Origin: an uncultured bacterium
Lineage (GTDB): Bacteria; Patescibacteriota; Minisyncoccia; UBA6257; GWB1-50-10
NCBI GenBank assembly: GCA_963722655.1
Contig: CAVRNT010000002.1
Span: 138,520 to 202,519, forward strand
DNA: 64,000 bases
Direction: 5' to 3'
Shown in pieces: positions 58,240 through 64,000 of the stretch. A program made the translations under genes and the position numbers. The notes below the pieces were generated by a model. The model did not search any database and was not told the origin of the DNA. It worked only from the letters and a program-made list of their open reading frames with translations. Position 1 is the stretch's first letter; the number at the start of each line of letters is the position of its first letter.

Positions 58240-59311
58240 GTTTAATATGTTGAATGATACTCACTAGCACGGCGACCGTCAAGAGACTGGAGCCGCCGTA
58301 GCTCACAAAGGGCAAGGTGATGCCCGTGACGGGCACGAGGCCGAGGTTGGAACCGATATTTATCAAAAACTGGAAGAAGATTATCAAAAATGCCCCCAAG
58401 ATCAGGAATTTCCCCTCATTGCTTCCCGTCCTTAGCCCGATATCCATCAATCTATAGAAAAGGAGGAGGAATGTCAAGACGAGGAGAAGCGCTCCGAAAA
58501 GTCCCCACTCCTCGGTGAAGGCGGCAAAAAGGAAGTCGGTTTGGGCCTCGGGCAGGAAATGGAGGTGGGTCTGCGTTCCTTCCCCGAACCCCTTGCCGAA
58601 GAGCCCGGCGGAGCCGATGGCGATCTTCGCCTGAATCACGTTGTAGTTGATGCCCAAGGGGTCGCGGTTCGGCGAAAGGAAGGCGGTCAACCGGTCCTTT
58701 TGATAGGGTTTGAGGAAGGAGAACCAAAGGATGACGATGAGGAGGATCGCGACCAGAAGACCGATGAAGAACCGCTTCTTGTTGATGCCGCTCATCAGGA
58801 TGAAACCGAGCCAGATCGAAAGGACGACGATCGTGGAACCGAGGTCGGGATGGATCGCGATGAGGAACGCCGGCAATCCGGCGTAAAACCCGGAGGTGAA
58901 AAGGTACTTGGTCCGCCAGGCCGCCAAATGGCGGCGCGTGAAGAAACCGGCGAGGAGGATGATGAGCGCGAGCTTGGCGAGCTCCGCCGGTTCGAACTGG
59001 AAGCCGCCGATCAAAATCCAGCTCTTCGCGCCGCGGATGACGTGCGATTGGAGGTTCGAGACGACGAGAAAGAGGACGCTCAAGGCGTAGAGGCCGTACT
59101 GGAAGACCGGGGAGCGGATGAGCCAATCCCAATCGATGAAGACGCCGGCGAAGATGATGGCAAAAGCGATGATGTACCAAACGAGCTGCCTCTCAAAGAA
59201 TGACTGGTCGTAGCTCGCGAGCGTGACGAGCGATACGGCCGCGAGGAAAAAGAGCGCTCCCATGAGGAGCCAATCCATCTTGCGGAACCGGTCGAGGATG
59301 CTGCCGATCAT
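58223..59311 (-). CDS. rodA: SEDS-family peptidoglycan glycosyltransferase RodA
   Basis: Ten-TM protein with FLPEAQTDFLFAAFTEEWGLFG...TLPFVSYGGSSLL. Separate from the dcw-cluster ftsW, hence RodA. Confidence 0.8.
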   Translation of the reverse strand: MIGSILDRFRKMDWLLMGALFFLAAVSLVTLASYDQSFFERQLVWYIIAFAIIFAGVFIDWDWLIRSPVFQYGLYALSVLFLVVSNLQSHVIRGAKSWILIGGFQFEPAELAKLALIILLAGFFTRRHLAAWRTKYLFTSGFYAGLPAFLIAIHPDLGSTIVVLSIWLGFILMSGINKKRFFIGLLVAILLIVILWFSFLKPYQKDRLTAFLSPNRDPLGINYNVIQAKIAIGSAGLFGKGFGEGTQTHLHFLPEAQTDFLFAAFTEEWGLFGALLLVLTFLLLFYRLMDIGLRTGSNEGKFLILGAFLIIFFQFLINIGSNLGLVPVTGITLPFVSYGGSSLLTVAVLVSIIQHIKLESSR

Positions 59312-60039
59312 CGTTTGACGCCCCTCACTATATGCCGGAAATCGGCCGGACGCAAACTGGCGCCGCCGACGAGGATGCCATCGACCTCCGGCCGACCGAG
59401 AAAGCCGGCGGCACTCCGGGCGGTGACCGACCCGCCGTAGAGGACCTTGGCAGCTTGTAGTGAGTAGTGAGTAGTGAGTAGTCCTTTGATGAAAAATGCC
59501 ATTTCGGCGGCGTCTTTCGAATCGTCGTTCTTCCCGGTGCCGATCGCCCAGATCGGCTCGTAGGCCACGATCAAATTCGAAACTCGGGACTTGGAACTTT
59601 TAACGCCTGACAGGTCCTTGATCAATTGTTTCTTCACGAAATCGTACGCCGCCCGCTTCCCCTTTTTACGGACCGCCCAGCCTTCGCCGACGCAGAGGAT
59701 GACCTTCAAGCCGTGTTTTAAAGCGGCCGCGACCTTCTGCCCGACGATCTCGTCGGTCTCCCCCAGCTTGCGCCTTTCCGAGTGACCGACGATGACGTAC
59801 CCCACCTTCAAATCCTTGAGCTGCCGCAAAGATATCTCGCCGGTCCACGGACCGTCATTCTTGAAGAAAACGTCCTGCGCGCCGAGCGAGGCCTTTTTTA
59901 AAACCTTCCCCACCGCATCCAGAAAAACGAAGGGCGGGGCAATGACGACGTTTTTCTCATCGTAAGATCTGGCCAAGCGTACCGCCCGGCGGGCCGAATC
60001 CGGGTTCATCTTGAAATTGGCCACCACTAATTTGCTCAT
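59308..60039 (-). CDS. tpiA: Triosephosphate isomerase
   Basis: VVANFKMN, VGHSERR, AYEPIWAIGTG, YGGSV. Contains the (TGAGTAG)x3.4 microsatellite at about 59455-59490. Confidence 0.85.
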   Translation of the reverse strand: MSKLVVANFKMNPDSARRAVRLARSYDEKNVVIAPPFVFLDAVGKVLKKASLGAQDVFFKNDGPWTGEISLRQLKDLKVGYVIVGHSERRKLGETDEIVGQKVAAALKHGLKVILCVGEGWAVRKKGKRAAYDFVKKQLIKDLSGVKSSKSRVSNLIVAYEPIWAIGTGKNDDSKDAAEMAFFIKGLLTTHYSLQAAKVLYGGSVTARSAAGFLGRPEVDGILVGGASLRPADFRHIVRGVKR

Positions 60040-60048
60040 AGATCCATT

Positions 60049-61050
60049 TTACTTACTTCGGAGTATCTTCGCCGCATCGTCCGGGTCAACGGTGTTTATC
60101 TCAATGCCGGTGCCGAGCTCGAAGCCGGCGTCGACGTTGAGCTTCGGGATAATCTCGATGTGCCACTTGTAGTGATGGTGGCGCCGCTTGTTCTCCACGG
60201 GTGCGGTGTGGATGAGAAAGTTGTAATCCGGGTCGTGGAGCTTCTTCTCGAGCCGGACGAGGGCCGTTTGGAGAGCGAGGATGACGCCCTGCAGTTCCGT
60301 CTCTTCCGCCTCTTCGAAATAAGGATTGGGGCGTTTAGGATAGACCCGCAGTTCGAACGGTTCGCGGGAGACGTAGGGAGCGAGGACCACCGCCTCGCGG
60401 TTCTCGAAAACGATGCGTTTCTTCTTCTTAAGCTCGTAGTTCATCAGCACGTCGTGGACCGATCGGCCGTGCGCCCGGAAATATCTCTCGGACGTCTCGA
60501 GAGCGCGAGCCACGTACGAAGGGATAATCGGCACGGTGAGAATCTGATAGTGCGGATGGAAAACGGAGGCGCCAGCCGCCACTCCCCAATTGTGGAAGAT
60601 GGAAACGTAGGCCACCTCCTTTTCCTTGGCGAGGTCGCGGTAGCGTTCTCCGAAGGAGTGAAAGACCTCTTGGGCCTCTACCGGGGAGAGATGGGCGAAG
60701 TTCTTGAAATGGTCCCGCGTAATGACCAGCTCGTGATGCCCCGTCCCTTGGACGGGTTCGTAAAAACCGTTGTGCTCCCCTTTGACCGGCCGACCGCCGT
60801 GGACGACCGCCGGATACTTGTTGGTCACGACCGCGAGCCGCCAGTCGCTCTTCGGTCCGCAAAGTAAGATGGGCGACCGGTCCCGGAAGGGGTTCTCGAA
60901 AGGACATCGGCTGATCGGTGTCGGCTTGCGCTTCGGCCGACTTTTGATCTCCTGCGGCCGCGCCCCCCGCCGGGTCGAAAGCAGGACCCAATTGCCGGAA
61001 ACGAGATCGTGGCGGAATTCGGAATGTCTTTCCATGCCCTTAATTTCCAT
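60049..61050 (-). CDS. GalT-family HIT nucleotidyltransferase (galactose-1-phosphate uridylyltransferase-like)
   Basis: C-x-F-E-N N-terminal zinc-site region (CPFENPF), HPHYQIL (HxHxQ catalytic motif) and a second half-barrel. Confidence 0.65.
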   Translation of the reverse strand: MEIKGMERHSEFRHDLVSGNWVLLSTRRGARPQEIKSRPKRKPTPISRCPFENPFRDRSPILLCGPKSDWRLAVVTNKYPAVVHGGRPVKGEHNGFYEPVQGTGHHELVITRDHFKNFAHLSPVEAQEVFHSFGERYRDLAKEKEVAYVSIFHNWGVAAGASVFHPHYQILTVPIIPSYVARALETSERYFRAHGRSVHDVLMNYELKKKKRIVFENREAVVLAPYVSREPFELRVYPKRPNPYFEEAEETELQGVILALQTALVRLEKKLHDPDYNFLIHTAPVENKRRHHHYKWHIEIIPKLNVDAGFELGTGIEINTVDPDDAAKILRSK

Positions 61051-61768
61051 TATACTCGCCGCGCGCGAGCCGAAGGCGAATGTGGAGAACGTCGGCCAGG
61101 GTCGAAAAGTAGGCCTTTAAGCCGACGGTGGAACGGGCATCGTTCACCCACCGGACCGGCACCTCCTTTATCTTGAAGCCCAACCGCTTTGCGAGGACGA
61201 GCGCTTCAACGTCGAACCCCCAACCATCGACGCGCATCAAGCCGAAGATCTTCACCGCCGCCGCCTCGCTGAAGGCTTTGAAACCGCATTGGGTATCCCA
61301 GATGCCCGGCACGGCCAAGGCCTGGATCGCGAGATTGCCGGCCTTGCCGAGGAGCTGTTTCCAAAACGGCTGAGGCGGTTCGAGCCGAGCGCCCTTCGCC
61401 GTGCGCGAACCGATCACGACGTCGTAACCTTCTTTGAGGAACGGCAGCATTTTATCGAACTGGTCGACCGAAGTGGCGTTATCGGCGTCCATAAAAAGGC
61501 GGAAGTTTCCTCGGGCCGCGAGCATCCCCTGCCTCACCGCGTAGCCCTTGCCCAGATTCTCCTTCAATTCGATGAGCCGCAGATACGGCGTTAAGTGCTT
61601 GAAGCGTTCCACGACCGCCACAGTGGCGTCCGTCGACCCGTCGTTCACGACCAAGATCTCGGAAGAGTACTCGGCCCGCGAGAGACGTCGGTCGACGTCC
61701 ACGAGCGTGAGGGGCAAACGCTGGGCCTCGTTATAGACGGGGATGATGACGGAGAGAAAAGGCTTCAT
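61040..61768 (-). CDS. Family 2 glycosyltransferase (dolichyl-/polyprenyl-phosphate hexosyltransferase-like)
   Basis: LSVIIPVYNEAQRL...ILVVNDGSTDAT...FMDADN (DxD). Confidence 0.75.
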   Translation of the reverse strand: MKPFLSVIIPVYNEAQRLPLTLVDVDRRLSRAEYSSEILVVNDGSTDATVAVVERFKHLTPYLRLIELKENLGKGYAVRQGMLAARGNFRLFMDADNATSVDQFDKMLPFLKEGYDVVIGSRTAKGARLEPPQPFWKQLLGKAGNLAIQALAVPGIWDTQCGFKAFSEAAAVKIFGLMRVDGWGFDVEALVLAKRLGFKIKEVPVRWVNDARSTVGLKAYFSTLADVLHIRLRLARGEYNGN

Positions 61769-61870
61769 CCCGTTAGAAATTTACTTCTGTATTTTTACCG
61801 ACCTTAACGCCGGAGCTCCCGCTTGAAACAAGTTGTTTGTTATGCGCAAGTTTTAGATTTCTAACGGGAT

Positions 61871-62479
61871 TCATTTTTGTTTTGGGAAGACGAACTTTTT
61901 GTACGTGAGGAAGTTCCAGATCATATTGGCGAAGATGGCAATGACGGCCGCGACGTTGTCCCAAGCATGGAGCGAAAGAGAGGCGGGCGGGGCGATGTAG
62001 GTCACGACCGCGTAGGCCACCGCGGCGTTCAAGACCGCCCCCGCTGCGGTGAAGGCCGCGAACCGCACCCCTTCCCAGAAGGTGACTGGCAGCCGGCTCC
62101 CGAAGGTCCAAAACTTGTTCCAAAAATAGCTGTTCGTGGCCCCCACGACGAAAGCCCCCCATTTGATGATGGCGAAGAGAAGTCCTGTAGTCGCCCCGGT
62201 CACTAGGATCAAGGCATTCAAGACCGTGAGATCGATGAAGCTGTTCAGCGTGCCGACGGCGGCGAATTTGCCGATCTCAAAAAAGTGGGGCCAAAACCGA
62301 TCGAGCCAGGCCAAAACCAAGAGGGCGAGGACCGCGAAAACCGTGAAGCTGACGACCGAGACCGCTCCCCAAGCCGGCGTGATCTTCAAACCGAAGCTCT
62401 CAGCCGGCAAGATGACAAGCCAGCCAACCAAAAAGCCCACCAGGGCGACGAGGTAAATGTCCTTTTTATTGTGTGGCAT
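61871..62479 (-). CDS. GtrA-family membrane protein
   Basis: Four TM helices. The GtrA signature FAAVGTLNSFIDLTVLNALI...NSYFWNKFWTFG is in the first half, and a second similar pass is in the C-terminal half. Usually paired with a DPM1-like GT2, as here. Confidence 0.55.
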   Translation of the reverse strand: MPHNKKDIYLVALVGFLVGWLVILPAESFGLKITPAWGAVSVVSFTVFAVLALLVLAWLDRFWPHFFEIGKFAAVGTLNSFIDLTVLNALILVTGATTGLLFAIIKWGAFVVGATNSYFWNKFWTFGSRLPVTFWEGVRFAAFTAAGAVLNAAVAYAVVTYIAPPASLSLHAWDNVAAVIAIFANMIWNFLTYKKFVFPKQK

Positions 62480-62492
62480 TAATCACTGTTGA

Positions 62493-64000
62493 TTACTCCC
62501 GCAGGCGTTTGTAAATCTCCGTTTCCACTTCCTCCCGTCTCCGACCGTAACGCTCGGCAGACGCTTGCTTGAGTTCGGCGGCCAAGCGGGCGTCGCCCTT
62601 GGGCGCCCGGCGCGTCCGGACATTGAAGGGCTTGGCCGTTTCCCCGCGGATCAGGAGCTTCACGTAAGCGTTGAAGTTGTCGATGTTCACGAGGTCCTGC
62701 TCGGTGAAGACCGGCTCGAACTGCTTGATGAGGAAATTGGCGTCCGCCGCGCCCACGCGGAACGCGACGATCGAGCCGACGTTACCGAAAACGGCGTCGC
62801 GGATCTTCTCGGAAAGCTGGGCGACGAACTGGTGGGCGACCGTCAGATTCAGCCGGTACTTGCGGGCCTCGGAGAGGATGATGGCGATCGAATCGGTCGT
62901 GAAGTTCTGGAACTCGTCGATGTAGAGGTAGAAGTCGCGGCGCTCCCCCTTCGCGAGGTCGGCTCGGCTGAGGGCCGCCATCAAGATCTTGCCGACGACG
63001 ATCATACCCAAAAGGTTGGCGTTCAGGTCGCCCAAACGGCCCTTGGCGAGGTTTACGAGGAGGATCTTTCCCTCGTCCATCACGCTCCGAAAGTTGAAGG
63101 CCGATCGCGCCTGGCCGATGATGGGCCGGACGTAGTCGTTCGCGGTGAAGTTGTTGAATTTCGACGTCACGTAAGGGGTGATGTTCTGGAGGGATGCCTC
63201 GCCGCCGGCCTTCACCGCCTCCTTCTCCCAAAAGTCCAGGACGACCGGGTTCTTGATCCTCGCGAGCTTTCGGCTCCGGAAGGCAGCGTCGGCGAAGACC
63301 CTTTGTACCTCCATCAAGGTCGCCGGTTCGTTTTGAGCATCCTCCATTAAAAGCAACAGGGCGTTCCGCATATACTGTTCGAACATCGGACCGCCGGTCG
63401 TTTTGAGGTCGTAAAGTTTGTCGAAAATGCTGAGGAGCTCGTTCACGATGGAGGTCTTTTCCTCCGGCCGGGCGAGATCGTACTCGAGCATGTTGAGCCC
63501 CAAGGGCCGGGTGAGGTCCCCGGGTTCGAAGACGATGACGTCCTTAGCGCGCGCGGACGGGATGAGGCCCAAGACGTCGTCCACCAGGTCGCCGTGCGGG
63601 TCGATGACGGCCACTCCTTTGCCGCGGGCGATGTCCTCGGCGGCCATCGTCGAGAGCAGATTAGACTTGCCGGTGCCGGTCTGGCCGATCGCATAAACGT
63701 GCCGACCGCGGTCCTCGTCGGCGATCCGAACCTCGCGGGTCTCACCTTGGAAAGCGCTCTCGCCGATCAAAACCCCGTCCTTGGGCAGGTTCGGCGGAGG
63801 CGGCGCCTCGCGGGACTTCAGATATTTGATCCGGGGGATGGCCGTGAAGGAGGTGGGCAGGTGGAAAACGCTCGCGAGCTCGGTGCTCGTGAAGACGACC
63901 GCTTCTTTCGGATTGAACTCCCGGAAGATGAACTCGTGGAAGAAGTTGCGCTGGTTCCGGGGGGTGGTCACCTTGAGCTCGTTCCGGTTCAGAGCGCCGA
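62493..64000 (-). CDS. FtsK/HerA-superfamily P-loop ATPase resembling type IV coupling proteins (TraD/TraG/VirD4-like); 5' end beyond the window
   Basis: Walker A AIGQTGTGKSNLL, Walker B-like FYLYIDEFQNF, basic C-terminus. The frame is open to the window edge upstream of the annotated GTG (63971). Confidence 0.5.
   Translation of the reverse strand, partial: GALNRNELKVTTPRNQRNFFHEFIFREFNPKEAVVFTSTELASVFHLPTSFTAIPRIKYLKSREAPPPPNLPKDGVLIGESAFQGETREVRIADEDRGRHVYAIGQTGTGKSNLLSTMAAEDIARGKGVAVIDPHGDLVDDVLGLIPSARAKDVIVFEPGDLTRPLGLNMLEYDLARPEEKTSIVNELLSIFDKLYDLKTTGGPMFEQYMRNALLLLMEDAQNEPATLMEVQRVFADAAFRSRKLARIKNPVVLDFWEKEAVKAGGEASLQNITPYVTSKFNNFTANDYVRPIIGQARSAFNFRSVMDEGKILLVNLAKGRLGDLNANLLGMIVVGKILMAALSRADLAKGERRDFYLYIDEFQNFTTDSIAIILSEARKYRLNLTVAHQFVAQLSEKIRDAVFGNVGSIVAFRVGAADANFLIKQFEPVFTEQDLVNIDNFNAYVKLLIRGETAKPFNVRTRRAPKGDARLAAELKQASAERYGRRREEVETEIYKRLRE

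Overview
This 64-kb window is from a high-GC (roughly 60%) bacterial chromosome with densely packed, often overlapping, mostly minus-strand housekeeping genes.

Core content:
- A dcw-like cell-wall cluster: scpA-scpB-dac-mraY-X-ftsW-murG.
- gltX, an EnvC-like M23 peptidase, ftsEX, dnaX, dnaE, thrS, miaA, rpmF, nusB.
- The nusG-secE-rplK and rpsF-ssb-rpsR operons, then rpoB-rpoC, mltG, rodA and tpiA.
- Two tRNAs (Gln-UUG and Thr-CGU) and an RNase P RNA, none of which an ORF track can show.

Lineage (inference only): L9 is present, rplA/rplJ/rplL are absent between rplK and rpoB, and rpmG is absent beside secE. Together with short DnaX and ThrRS and several GTG/TTG starts, this suggests a reduced-genome, possibly CPR/Patescibacteria-like organism.

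Lower-GC accessory islets embedded in the core:
- About 2.1-4.0 kb: a near-consensus promoter, a Cys-rich orphan protein and a standalone Cas4/RecB-like nuclease.
- About 15.6-17.0 kb: a NYN-domain protein plus small orphan ORFs.
- About 20.3-24.4 kb, next to tRNA-Gln: a YdeI-like protein and a three-gene secreted-protein operon. The operon has a 772-aa T/N/G-rich repeat adhesin-like protein, a small protein sharing its N-terminal module, and an AWGENVGW-repeat protein.
- About 42.9-47.2 kb: a self-contained thymidylate module. It has a ThyA-family enzyme, a DHFR-HIT fusion, an N-terminally extended dCMP deaminase, a cytidylyltransferase-like protein and a Tmk-like kinase with an Arg-substituted Walker A.

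Other oddities:
- An RF2 homolog that lacks domain 1 and starts 4 nt after tRNA-Thr.
- An amidohydrolase-fold protein without the HxH metal site, sitting in the murD position.
- A 12-bp perfect inverted repeat with a 70-nt spacer upstream of a P-type ATPase.
- A heptanucleotide microsatellite inside tpiA.

No CRISPR array, rRNA, integrase or transposase was recognised.
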